DNA from: Epiperipatus broadwayi
Lineage: Eukaryota; Animalia; Onychophora
Reading direction: 5' to 3'
DNA: 64,000 bases
NCBI GenBank assembly: GCA_028023455.1
Contig: JAQFVV010000003.1
Coordinates: forward strand, 14,136,001-14,200,000
The notes beneath the pieces were generated by a model. It saw nothing but the letters and a program-made list of their open reading frames with translations. It did no database searches and was not told the origin of the DNA. The position numbers and the translations under genes were made by a program. This document shows, piece after piece, positions 1-12,876 of the stretch (position 1 is the first letter of the stretch; each line of letters begins with the position of its first letter).

Positions 1-2050
1 TGATTAGTAGAAAATTACTGTGGCATTATTTTACAGAGAAGAAAGAAATATAGCAAATTATTAACAATTACCATATACATTTAATATTAGAAAAACAAAA
101 GAGTGATGTTTAATAATTCCATCTGAAATTCTTAGCTAACTACACTTGAGTAACAAAAGTAAAAATATTTATGATAAATACCATGGATGATGATCAAAAA
201 GAATAATATTAGATACTATAACATCAATTTTATTTTTCAGAAAAGTTAATATTTTAGTATTCTGAATATATAATTTGAGACATATGAATGTAGAATGTCC
301 TAATAGTAGGAAATTGAGTTGTCAGTCATCATAAAAAAAGTTCTGGGTTTTCTAAATTATGCTGACAGAAGATACTGACAGAAGATACTGGTTTATATTA
401 GTGAATAATATAATAATTAGAACAGGAGTTGAAGATTTTTTTTTTCTGCCAAGGTTCATTTGGATACTTGTAATGAATTATTGACTTAAAAGTTAACCTG
501 CTATATTTTGATCAAAAATTTAATTATTTTGCTCCTAATCATTAGGTGTGGACAACATTTTCACCTGAAGGCCAATTTCAACTTTCTCTTTCTATATGAG
601 GGCCATAATTTTTTTGTGAATTAAAAATAAAATAATATTATTATTATTAATAATTGTTCCATATTTAATGACAATTTTAAAATTCATCTTAACGATATTC
701 TCATTTTTTTTAATATTCCGGGTAAATTAATTTTTCAGCAACTAGTATATAGTCTTTTATAAATTCTCCTTCATAAAATGGTTTATAATTTTCTGTTTTT
801 TTTTTTAAAAATAATGTAGCTTACTTTCAAAGAAATTTCTAACTTCTTTGCACTTTTTATAAATCATGTCAGTCAATTGATGCTCTTTTTCAAATTTTCT
901 ATTTTAATATTTCTTTCCCAATTTGTTGTAATCAGAATGTTTTGATAAATACTGCCTCTTAATATTGTGTTCTTTATTAACTGAAATATTTCCCACACCT
1001 ATCAGGCATATCAATTTACTTTGTTCTATAAAAAATATGCATTGGTCCATTTCTTTTGAAATGCATGGTTTTCTGTGTCAATTTTTTTTATTGTACTCAA
1101 TGTAAACATTTTAATAATAAAAAAAAACTAATGCAAAATAATAAAAATAAAATAAAATTTGAGTTCTATTTTTGCTAGTATATGTTTGGTTCCAAAAATC
1201 ATTATAAAAGCAAACAAAATGCCCTCATATTAAACTGTAGTCAGATAGATCTCACAATATAAATAATTTTTGGGAATATTGCACCTCTGATAGAATGAAC
1301 TAAAACTATTATAAAGGTTGGAGAAAATAAATATTTAATTTTACTTAACTCTTCTTAATTCAATATTTGCTCTATATGTGTTCAAATAGTTTTATACAAG
1401 ACCATTTTATATACATTTTAAAAAATGTCTGAAGGACAGATTGAGAGCTTTTGAGAATCAGATGTTGGCTACAGACCTGAGGTTCTCCACCTGTGATTTA
1501 GAAGATAATGAAATATCGTAAATTATAATGATCCCCATTTCAAATAACATAACAAACAGTTTTATTATAATATTGTAACTAATAAAGTAAGCTTGTGCAG
1601 TCATGTTTTAATCAGAAAATTATTAAATTTTATAGAATTTTAAAATTGTTTTAAGGGTTATATATATATATTTGTATTGAGAGTGATTGTTAAAAGTTAT
1701 TTGTTAACAAAATTATTGTCAACTTCAGTGATATGAAGATAATGACATCTATTTTTAATAAGAATTTAAAAGGTATTATTAACCACTTTTTTAAAAAGAA
1801 AGGAACTAAACGAGGTTTTCATTATTATGAATTTAAAAATATATATGTATTCTTCATTAATAGATTAACTGATCTATCATAAAAAAATTGTGAATCATTA
1901 AATTTGTTGATAATTTCTATACCTTTATGGCTTGTATCTCATTTCAAGTTCTCATTAGTTAATTAAGAGCTTCAAGCTATAATATTTAATATCTAATGTG
2001 TCTATGATATAGGATTTGAATCAAAATTAAATGAAAGTTTTCAAGTTATT

Positions 2051-2178
2051 TTCCCACAGCATGAAATATTTATATTGGTAATTATTTATCTTTTCTACAT
2101 GTGTATAGTCATGTGTATCAGTAGTATGAGATAGTGTGGATAGTTGAAGGTTGCTTGAAAGTCTGAGTTCAAATCCCC
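2051..2178 (+). repeat. Dispersed ~125-bp repeat, second copy at 3273-3396, ending in a Pol III B-box-like motif (possible old SINE fragment)
   Basis: Both copies read ...atttatcttt...catg..tg..atgtgtat...ggatag.tg.ag..gcttgaaagtctgag(t/c)tc(a/g)aatccc; GTTCRAATC resembles a B box; no clear A box. Confidence 0.4.
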
Positions 2179-3512
2179 TATATTTACTACTGATCAGTAA
2201 ATGTGTATCTAACCATTATTAGCTAAATGTTAAAAGTACCAGATTAATCTGGATGGACTAAATGAATATAATAAATATGATGACTATATAAACAAAAAAT
2301 ATAAGATCATTCAATTATCACCAATGGTGGAAGAGGTCTCACGCACCTATGGGCTAGTTGGCCTTTATTTATTTTTAACGATTGTTTGTAGAAATTTGCT
2401 AAGCATATTTTATGAGATCATTTGATATTCCCTTCCATAAAATGAATATTTGTTATGCCTTTGCTTATTCAAAAATGGTATTAAATATATATATAATTGA
2501 AGTGGCTTGTGGTTATATAGAACATTCAAGTTCAATGTTCATGGTCTGGGGTTTGAATCAGGAAGTGGAAAAGTTTGAAAATGCATTCATATTCTAAACA
2601 AGTTTAGGATTCTTATTTCAGGAAAACAGCCAACTCAGCAAACAATTATTTAATTATTCTAACAATCAAAATCTCACCATTTGCTAATTGGTAAACTTGT
2701 TTAGTTACATCTTTTTCACTGTCCCTCTATGATGGGATATTAGAGCAGTTTCAGACTTGCAATGGACTATTTAAAGGATATTTTACCTTTCTTATACATG
2801 CATGCAGATATATATGGTGTATAATTTAGTTTCATATATTGCTAAGGGTTGTTTCCCAGATTGAGCAAACTGGATACATTTGATGCTTATTAATTTTTCA
2901 ATTTTAATTCATTTTGATAACATTTAAAAGTCATAATTCTTATAATATAGATTAGTGAGTAATTACAACTATCTACTCCATCTACAACCAATACACATGA
3001 TCACATACGTGTGAAAAAGATAAATGATCCCCAATATACATATTTTGTGCTGAATCAGTGCTCATCAGTTGTTTCAGATTATCTCCTACACACATATATA
3101 TATATCAACCAGGGCCTTGAGCGTTTCATTAGGTTTTCAGTGATATGGATGGCTGAAAAGTTGGAAGGTGGAGAAGATGGAAGTCTGTTCATTAAAGTTT
3201 GAAGTTTTGCTATCTTAATATAAACTGAGTACTGATTATATGTGTGTGTGTGTGGGGGGGGGTAAGTTCTGATTCACCAGAAATACGTATATTGGAGATC
3301 ATTTATCTTTTTTTCACATGCATGTGATTATGTGTATTGATTTTATAAGATGGAATGGATAGCTGTAGGAAGCTTGAAAGTCTGAGCTCGAATCCCTTTA
3401 AATGACATTAAGTTCAGTATAGACAATATACTTGTTTAAATATTATAAATGTGTATATTTAAAACAAATAAATGTTTATCTATATATAAATCATTCATTT
3501 TTTATCCCGCAG

Positions 3513-3518
3513 GCTCAG
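3513..3518 (+). CDS. Candidate 6-nt microexon (GCTCAG) of an unidentified + strand gene
   Basis: Pyrimidine-rich acceptor ttttttatcccgcAG immediately followed by GCTCAG and a strong donor GTatgt; frame-preserving length; no flanking exons identified. Confidence 0.3.
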
Positions 3519-4780
3519 GTATGTAAACGACATGACTGGTAACATCATTTGATCATCGTAGGTGGTACTTTATCTATGCTTATCTTTTTACATTATTTAT
3601 TTTAGTATTTTTGATGTAAAACTTTAATAAAGAGATCTAATACAACTAAAAATAACAAAGCTTTTACGTCATTAAAATAGTGTTACTAAGAGGAAGAATT
3701 GGCAGTAATTATATATTTTTATTATTGATTTGGAAAATGATTAATTAATTAATAGCAAAATTGAAAAAGGAAGCTAAAGAGCAAAGTTCATTAATCGTAT
3801 TGTAAACTACAGAGCCTGAGGATTTTATTTATAAAGAACACTTAAAGAGGAATAGCTGACTGCTGACAAATAGATTTTACAGGTGAACAAAAAAATTTGA
3901 TTACTAATTAAACAACTTTTGAAATATCGATTTCGGTTCTTCTATTTTTAGAAAAAAACTATTGCAATTTTAAAGACTTGTTTGCTTTTTCCATTTGAGA
4001 GCATTATTTCAAATAAATTACAAGATTAACTTTCTAATGGATATTTATGGGCATATAAAAGGTTATGGGGCCTGTAGTCTCATTTACTGATGCTATCTGT
4101 TGGATCATGTAATCCCAGCTTCTTTTCCAAAAGTCTTTAAAGTCAACAAACCTATCTTTTTAGCAGATTATTTACAATATATATATATGCATACGTATAT
4201 TAAGAAAGACCTTGCGATGTAGAGGTTTGGAATTTTTCTTTCAGATAGCTAACCCACAACCCCAACTAGTCATCCAACATTGCTTGTAGATGGAAAGCCA
4301 GCTATTTTTAATTAAAAAAGCTAAACAAGGATTAAAAAAACCACATACCCCTCACAACTTAACAAGTGAACCATTGGCAAGTCCGTTGAGTACCCTCTTC
4401 TCTTCATAGTTCTCCTAGAGATGCTGTTAAAAAAAAACCCTTTTTTTAAATATAAAACTATATATATATAATGGCTGTTTTATCATTTACTGATATACAT
4501 CCAAATATTAAATCACCCCACATGGTTAAGAAATTTAGCATCTCCCTCTGTGAAATAAATATGTAAATACATTAGAGTGCGTATTTCAAAATAGCCAGCC
4601 TCAAAATGATATTTGGATATTTATTTCAGTTTAGCGTTAAGCATTGAGATTATATTATATATACATGTATATTAAGTGTAACAATTCTCAAGGCTAAATG
4701 GGTTTATAAGTAATCATTAAAATAAGTCAGTGTTGAATGATTTTAATGATTATATATATTTGGTGATTAATATATATATA

Positions 4781-5372
4781 TTAAAACAGGCAAAACTCTT
4801 TATACATAAGCCAGAGTAATCAATGGATGCCAGAAGGCTTGTGCATAAAATCCCCATCTAATGCCTACTCATCCAATATTCCCAGACTAGTTTCTGGCTT
4901 GTGGCCTTTGTCAGTGAGGAGCTTTGGATCTGAGAGCACTGCATCTATATCTTAGGATCAGATTTAGGTGCAGTCCTCTCAGATCAAGGAGCCTTGGATC
5001 TGAGAGCACTGCATCTATATCTTAGGATCAGATTTAGGTGCAGTCCTCTCAGATCAAAGGCTCCTAACTAATGAAAGCCAGAAACTAGTCTGGGAATATG
5101 ATCTGAGAGGACTGCACATAAATCTGATCCTAAGATCTAGGTGCAGTGCTCTCAGATCCAAGGCTCATCACTGACAAAGGCCACAAGTTAGAAACTAGTC
5201 TGGGAATATTTGATAAGTAGGCACTAGATGAGGATTTTATGCACAAGCCTTCTGGCATCCATTGATTACTCTGGCTTGCATTGAGTGGAAATACATATAG
5301 AGAGTTTTGCCTGTTTTAATAAATTAAGAGCAAGCATAAAAAATGGTGATCATGTGATGTTTATTGGCTTAA
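4781..5372. mobile_element. Family A hammerhead-bearing fold-back element (Penelope pLTR/retrozyme-like) with several internal strand switches
   Basis: Left arm (antisense, starts ttaaaacaggcaaaactc) is the reverse complement of the right arm; decayed hammerhead cores at 4885-4914 (-), 5068-5090 (+, helix II deleted) and 5171-5200 (+); tail on right arm only; flanked by (TA)n on both sides. Confidence 0.85.
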
Positions 5373-6255
5373 TATATATATATATATGATTGTGATAATT
5401 TTAACCTGTGTCTCAAATTTAAGCTGTTTAAAAACTTGGATTTTTTTTTCCAAAATTTAATTTTAGGATATTAATTAGTAAATGGATATCTAGTTATCAT
5501 TAGCTAGGAAGCAAAATAAGAATTGAAAAATGCTAAAATCATCACCAGCTGCAGTTAATAGTAACTTACCCATTACAATTCTTCTAAATCTGTTGGTGAG
5601 ATTTTTACCTTGGGTTTTGTGCACAGAGTCTAGCATAATGCTTAAGCAATATAAGCTTGAATTATAGATACTATTTTAAATTGATAATTTTGTTTTTCAA
5701 ATAAATTATATATTGCATATCTCATAAAGTTCATTTTAGAAGTATGATATTTTTCTCATCAGTGACAATATGTTAATACTTACTCATCTGTTTAATTCAA
5801 ACTAATTTGCAATTTTTACTCTTCAGCTACAAATAGTTAGATACCCATTTACCAATTGGATGAGTACATGAGTTGTCCATGAACCAGCCATCTAACAAAA
5901 AACAGGATTGTTTGAAATTTTTCAAAGAACTGAAAAAGATTTGGAACCAGTTCAGGCAGGCAGCTCTAGGTTCAAATCTGACTGAAATGTAATGATTTTT
6001 TCAAATAGATCATATAGTCAACCAACATTAAATGGAAAATAGGAACCTTTTTTAGATGGAGAATAAAAAGATCTTCTGATAAACTAAACCATTTGGATGA
6101 GTGTTGACATAGTAAACATTTAGAAAAAAAAACCCATGTTCTATTATATTCAACTTCATTACTAGTGCAAAGAGAGTTTAAAATGTCTTTGGACAATGTA
6201 AGGAATTTAATATTACATGTAAAGTTTAAATTATTATGATTATTTCATTATATAT

Positions 6256-8857
6256 TGTAACCAGTTGGGTTACATAGCACACAATAATATAGTATGTGTG
6301 CATTTATATATATGTATAAAGTGAAGGAAAAGTAGAAATAAACACAGACAAAAATTGTAGTAAATATTTTTTATATTCACTGAAATAAAAATAATAAAGG
6401 GTTAAATAACTCTGGGTTTAAAATAAAATTTTATTATAAAATTAAATATTTAAAAAGGTCTGATAAATAAAAATTAATATTTTTATTCTGATTTTGAAAA
6501 TTTAAAAATAAGCATGTTTTCTGATAATTATAAAAATGTCTCTTTTTGAAATCTTTTAATTAATTGATATCAGAGTAAAAACATGTATGTAGATCACACC
6601 TTTGGTTAAATTCCAAAGGTTTAAAGTTAATTGAAATCAAATTTTTCCAAACACACTTTGATAAAAATTTCAAGCTTGTTTTCAAAATGATCAGAAAGAT
6701 TGAAAACAGACACTATGTTTTTATCATCTGAACCAACCAAGATTATAAAAAGACTGATAAAAAAATAGCAATTAGTTTTGACTTGTAGCTTTCCTAAGAG
6801 CTGACCTAATGTGTGGTTTTAATATTTTAAGCAGGTGGCCAAATTGACCAGCTGCAAAGTTTGTCATAATAAATTTTTTAAGACAGTTCTTGTCATAATT
6901 TTTTTTTGTGAAGCAATTAGTTAAGAGTTAGCTGCAAATTTTGATTTAAATTTTTGAAGAGCAGTTGGCTAGAAGTTTTGCTGTAGTTTGCAGTACTGCT
7001 GAAAGTGATTTTACAGAGTTAAAAGAATGAACATGAAATAATTGAAGGCAGGACAGTAGATCCAGGAGCTGCTATTTTCCTTCACAGGAGTTTTGATTTA
7101 CTTGAAGCTGGATCACTTCTGAATCAATAGCCTGAACAAATGAAGACAAAATAGCTTTCTGGCTTGCATTTTATCAAATCCTAGTTTAAGTGGAACCAAC
7201 TTCAGAAGGGAGAAAGCCAACAAACCCGATTCTTTGATTGATAATGGCAAACCAGTCTACCAGTTTGCCCAAGAGAACCCCAACAGTTGATGTAGTTATA
7301 CGAATGCTGCTGTGTCTATATCCAGAAACACAGATAAATGGATACACAACGAGTTGTATTTTTTTGTATATTCCTTTAAGAAGACATTTTAACTTAGTAA
7401 CTTAAAGTAAAAACAAACAAGCAACTTTTGCTTGAGTTGAAATCTAACAGCGTTATATATAATAATGAAATTTAAATGATTTCTTTGGTCTGAAATGATA
7501 GATATATAAAACAATTTTATTTTTCGTTTATTAAAGGGGGGAAAAAATGACATTTTATATTTAGAGACCTTGATAATTAATTAATCAGCAAGTACGTGTC
7601 AAAAAAAATTGACTTTATTTAGTTTGAACAGAAAAAAAAAAAAAAAAGAGAACTTATAAAGCGATAACTAATTTTAAATTATATCTATGTTTTGTTTATA
7701 TACAGGTATACACGTGAAATTTATATATGTTTTCCAAATGGAATTAATTAGGAAAATATAATATTATTATTATAATAAATTAAAATAAGACATTTATGTA
7801 AAATTTAATCATTTTTTGTCATTATTGAATATCAATAGAAATATATTAATTGTATATTGGAAATCGCGCATCTGTATGCACATGTATGTAAATCAATATA
7901 ACAATTTGAATTTTGAATAGTAATTATGTAAATCGCAATGTGATCATTTGAAATTTTGTATAGTAATCAAAATCAGAAAACTTATGATTTTATTTTTATA
8001 GACATTAATTTCAATTTTTTGTTATTGTTGTAAATAAACTTGTATTCAATTGTTAAAAATTGTATTAAATCATCACTTCTTGGTCACATACAGTAATAGA
8101 GCTTATAGCTAGATTCGAGCATGAGGTAAATATATAAATAGGGATGTGTATTAGTGCATTTGGGTATCTAGAGATGATCAATCATCATCCTGGTTGGCGC
8201 AAAAGAGAATACTTTTTAAAGCCCATGCACTACCTTTTATTTTAGTTTAGTCTTATTAGAAGTTAAGTTTATAGTTGGCCAGTACATCAATGGTACCAAG
8301 TGTCCAGAGCATTGATGATGATCATTATTTTAATATCCCAGCATTATTGTTTAGATTTTTCTGGTTATGTATTCTGATGGATTCACTCTTAGTTTGTGCC
8401 TTCAAATTAATGGTTAAACAATTGCCCCAAGCTGGCAAAGGCTCAATAGTTAGCCTGATCTACAGAAGACCCATTTCCGATCCAGTCACAAGGTTGACTG
8501 TTGATTTATATTTTTTATTGTTCAAATCCAGCCACAAGATGGACTGTTAATTTTTTTCTGATGTAGTTCGATTTTGATCATTCATGATGAGGACTGGTTT
8601 ATTTTGAGTATTACTCATAATTACTTCTACTTTGTTGGTTGATGGTTAAGTATGCTTTTAGTTGCTCTTCTGATCTCTCAGAGATTTTATTGATCTCATG
8701 CTCCCCTTAAATATATCTTACTTATATATATTTATGTAAATTATTGATATTTCATTTTAAATTGGCTGTGAGTGATGATGATTTTCCATCATCCCAGGTA
8801 TGACAATGATCAACTTTCTTTTTTTCCTTCTACTTCCCACTATCCCATCCCATTACA
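6256..8857 (+). mobile_element. 2.6-kb solo-LTR-like element, copy 1
   Basis: Begins TGTAAC and ends TTACA; colinear along its length with the reverse complement of 57562-60266, and homology stops at these termini; flanks ATAT / ATGT (near 4-bp TSD); AATAAA near 8034; no RT or gag ORF. Strand is assigned by convention. Confidence 0.7.
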
Positions 8858-9257
8858 ATGTATATATAATTTTGACAACTATACTTACCTGGAAAATCAA
8901 TTATAATATCTAAATTCATTTTAATTAAACAAACGTCATCAGTTGAGCACTTCAAATGTCACATTCTACTGTTTTAAATTTGTTGAGGTACTAAACCATT
9001 ATATTGTTATTTATATAGGAAATTTTACATAAGTTTATGTATAGTTTATAATATATGATACAGAAATATCTATATACATATTTTTTTTCCACCCTACAGC
9101 TTTTCTATAAATGAAACTTTTGTTCTGTCATGAGATGAAGGTATATATTAGAGACAAATGAGAAAAATAATGCAAATAAGTCAATATCTTTAAGATTTAC
9201 TATTGCAATTGTTAAATGTCATAGAACTGTATATCTTGGTAGAAATCTAAAATTATG

Positions 9258-9408
9258 GCACCATACAGTAGTGCCACCCCATGCAAGCTTTAGTAATGAA
9301 TGGATATAAGAAGTTTTGTACATAAAATCTCTGTCTAGTGCCTGCTCATTCAATATCCTCAGATGGCTTTTATCAGTGAAGAGCCTTAGATGTGAGAGGA
9401 TTGCATCT
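9258..9408 (-). mobile_element. Older, decayed family A fragment with the ribozyme core partly deleted
   Basis: catacagtagtgcc...aatggat...cataaaatc...ctagtgcc..ctca..caatatc...atcagtga.gagcctt.gat aligns to the family A antisense strand. Confidence 0.7.
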
Positions 9409-9556
9409 TTTTGCATTCATTGATTACTAAGACTGGTAAAACTTAGTTTGATATCAAATTTTTTATTTTTTCTTAAACAAAAAAATTGAAGCGATAACAC
9501 ATATTTATAAATTAACAGATGTGATTATAGGTCAATTCAACATGATCCATTTTTAA

Positions 9557-10766
9557 GCCACTAAACATCACATGACCACCACTTCTTATGCTTGTGTGTA
9601 ACTGTTTAAAAAAAGGCAAAACTCACTATATGTATTGCCACACACGGCAAGCTAGAGTAATCAATGGATGCCAGAAGGCTTGTGCATAAAATCCCCATCC
9701 AGTGCCTACTGATCCAATATTCCCATACTAGTTTCTGGCTTGTGGCATTCATCAGTGAGGAGCCTTAGATCTGAGAGCACTGCACCTAGATCTTAGGATC
9801 TAATGCAACCCTCCAGCAGCCACCTTTTATCTCTACTTAACTACAAAACTATGAGACAAACTAAATCACCTTAATGTCTTCAATCTAAGCCCATTAGCTT
9901 ATATAGTCATATATATATAATCCTGCCTAATAGAATAGTGGTGGCTATGGTTATTAAAAAAACCAAAGACACCAAAATGTATGGGTACTGAATTGAGTTC
10001 AGACCCATATGACTATATAAGCTAATGGGATTAGATTTAGGACAATAAGGTAATTTCAGTTTAAGTCTCATAGTTTTGTAGTTAAGTAGAGATAAAAGGT
10101 GGCTGCTGGAGGGTTGCACTAGATCTTAAGATCTAGGTGCAGTGCTCTCAGATCCAAGGCTTCTCACTGACAAAGGCAACAAGCCAGAAACTAGTCTGGG
10201 GATATTGGATGAGTAGGCAATAGATGGGGATTTTATGCGCAAGCCTTCTGGCATTTCATTGATTACTCTAGCTTGCTGCGTGTGGCAATACGTATAGTGA
10301 GTTTTCCTTGTTTTAAAACAGTTATACACAAGCATAAGAAGTGGTGGTAATGTGATGTTTGTTGGCTTAAAACCCTGCCTAATAGGATAGTGGTGGCTAT
10401 GGTTATTAAAGAACGAAAGACACCAAAATGTATGGGTACTGAACTGAGTTCAGACCCATATGACTATATAAGCTAATGGGCTTAGATTAAAGACATTAAG
10501 GTGTTTTCAGTTTAAGTCTTATAGTTTTGTAGTTAAGTAGAGATAAAAGGTGGCTGCTTGAGGGTTGCATTAGATTCTAAGATCTAGGTGCAGTGCTCTC
10601 AGATCCAAGGCTTCTCACTGACGAAGGCCACAAGCCAGAAATTAGTCTGGGGATATTGGATGAGTAGGCACTAGATGGGGATTATATGCACAAGTTTTCT
10701 GACATCTATTGATTACTCCAGCTTGCTGTGTGTGGCAATACGTATAGTAAGTTTTACCTGTTTTAA
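9557..10766. mobile_element. Family A element: inverted partial unit plus head-to-tail dimer of the ~452-bp unit
   Basis: Antisense arm 9557-9910 (with tail), (TA)n spacer, sense units starting cctgcctaatag at 9922 and 10374; hammerheads at 9726-9755 (-), 10167-10196 (+) and 10618-10647 (+). Confidence 0.9.
10612..10653 (+). ncRNA. Minimal type I hammerhead ribozyme motif (family A), near-intact
   Basis: TTCTCA CTGACGA AGGC-CACAA-GCCA GAAAT TA GTC TGGGGA: helix I TTCTCA/TGGGGA (with G.U pairs), core CUGANGA and GAAA, helix II GGC/GCC, GUC cleavage triplet. Confidence 0.75.
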
Positions 10767-11009
10767 AAAAAATATCCATTTTTCTTGGAAATTTTTTAAT
10801 TCTCCAAAAATATTAGATATACCTAGCCATAAACTGAAATTAAAAATTGCAATATAATTTCATTTAAAAATCTCAACCTTTCTCAATTATGTAAAAGAGT
10901 ATGTTTTCAGATTAATAGCTTACTAGATGAGCTACAGGAGAAAAATGTATTAATTTTTCAAATTCCCATTGTTATCTCATATCTATAATTGGTACAATTT
11001 TAAAAACTA

Positions 11010-12876
11010 TAACAAAGGTAGCTGGTAGAAAAAAGCAGCAATTCGCCAGTAAAATTTCTACTGAGACTAAAGAATTTATGAAGAAAATAAAGAGTATAAA
11101 GATATATAAAAATTATGCATTAAGAAGGATTGAATATCTCAAATTTTGTAAAATGATACCAAAAATAGTTGACAAGGATACAAAAAAGTATAATTGCAAA
11201 TAGCAAAGCCATAGAAGAGAATAAAAGTCTCAAGAGTGTAAAACAATATTTTAATATTGGTAGGAGACTCATTTCTGCAATAATACAAAAAGATGGAACT
11301 ATTACTAAAAAGAGAAATGACATCATGAAATGTATAGAGTTCTATCAAGAATTATATAGTAATAAAGAACAAGAAAAAGTACATCCTACAATATCTAAAT
11401 TGCCCAGGATTTTTAATGAAGTGAGACATGCAATTAAATTTATGAAGAAGGGAAAAGATCCAGGTAATGATGGAATTTATAATCGATATCTTAAAAGAAG
11501 CAGTTGAAGAAATAGAACTTTTTTTGGCAAAGTTATATACCAAATATTTAAATGATAAAGATGTACAAGATGATTGGAAGAATGTAGTATTAATAATAAT
11601 ATTTAAAAAAGATGATAAAAAAACATTAGAAATTACAGCCATATCAGTCTTTTATCAGTTTTATATACATTTTTTGCCAAGATAATTACAACTTGTCTGC
11701 AGCAAACTTTGAATTTTAATCAACCAAAAGAACAAACTGAATTTAAAAGTGGTTTTAGTACATTGGATCATATCCAAATATTAAGAGAATTTATAGAAAT
11801 AATCAATGAATATGAGTTGCCATTATGCTTTGGATTTCTAGATTATGAAAAGGCAGTTGATTCTATATGTATTTCTTCAGTGATTAAAGTATTGGATCAT
11901 CAAGATATAGACCCAGGATATTGGCATATTCTGAAGAATATTATAAAAATGCAACAGCAACAATTAGATTATATAATAACACTAGGAAGATGAACATTGA
12001 GAAGGGTGTATGAGAGGGTGACTCCATATCTCCAAAACATTTTGCAGCAGTGATGCAAAAAGTATTTTGTGGATTAAAATGAGAAGCTAAAGAAATAAAA
12101 GTAAATGGAGATTATCTAAAGTCATCTAGATTTTGTCAATGATGTAGTTGTTTTTGCAAATAACGATTTAGAGCTTCAGGAATCTTCAACAGATTTTCTT
12201 AAAAAAAAAAGATTGATAATGAGTTAAAAGAAATTAACTATAAATACTTTAGTCAAATTATTACTCCATATGGAAATATAATGGATAAAATTAATCATAG
12301 AATTAAATTTTGTTGGAGTTCTTTTGGTAGAAATAAGTTAATTTTTTAAAAAAAATGCCAATGTGTTTGAAAAGAAAGGTCTTTAAAAAATGTGTTTTAC
12401 TAATACTTACTTATGGATCTGAGACTTGGACACTTAATAAAATGATTTATATTAGGAATAACAAGAAAAGATCATAAATGAAATACATAGATGAGAAAAC
12501 AAAATGTGTTTTACTAATTCTTACTTATGGATCTGAGACTTGGACACTTAATAGAATGATGTATATTAGGAATAACAAGAAAAGATCATAAATGAAATAC
12601 ATAGATGAGAAAACAAAACTGATATCATTAAAAGAATTAAAAGACTGAAAAGAAGTTGGGCTGGATGCATTGTTAAAAAAAGATGATAATAGATGGACAG
12701 TTGAAATCTTAAACTGGATTCCAAGATTGTAAAAGACCTAGAAAAATATGATATGAGAGATAGATGAATGGCATAAAGAAGTTTTATGGAAATGTAGAGA
12801 AGAGAGGTTAGAGAGTAGAGAAAATGAATTTGGAGAGACCATCACCCTGTAGTGGATAGTGTTTGAAATGATGATT
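11010..12876 (+). mobile_element. RTE-clade non-LTR retrotransposon, 5'-truncated and degenerate (RT domain to 3' end)
   Basis: Frameshifted ORF pieces KGKDPGNDGI, QPKEQTEFKSGFSTLDHIQILREF and GFLDYEKAVDSI; downstream matches to the GV..GDSISPK, F.NDVVVFA and LTYGSETWTL motifs; ends in an (ATG)n tail typical of RTE. Confidence 0.9.
12387..12618 (+). repeat. 114-bp direct tandem duplication inside the RTE fossil
   Basis: tgtgttttactaat...gatgagaaaacaaaa repeated at 12391 and 12505 with few mismatches. Confidence 0.9.

Noticed and set aside
4781-5372. Families A and B as ordinary TIR MITEs or Helitron/DINE-1 derivatives
   Set aside because: The arms are asymmetric, inner junctions vary, tandem units occur, there is no fixed TSD, and a hammerhead core is conserved; these fit Penelope-type retroposition better.
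8275-8550. 91-aa ORF in the LTR-like element
   Set aside because: The frame is broken by indels in the second copy (58.0-58.2 kb) and has no recognisable motif.
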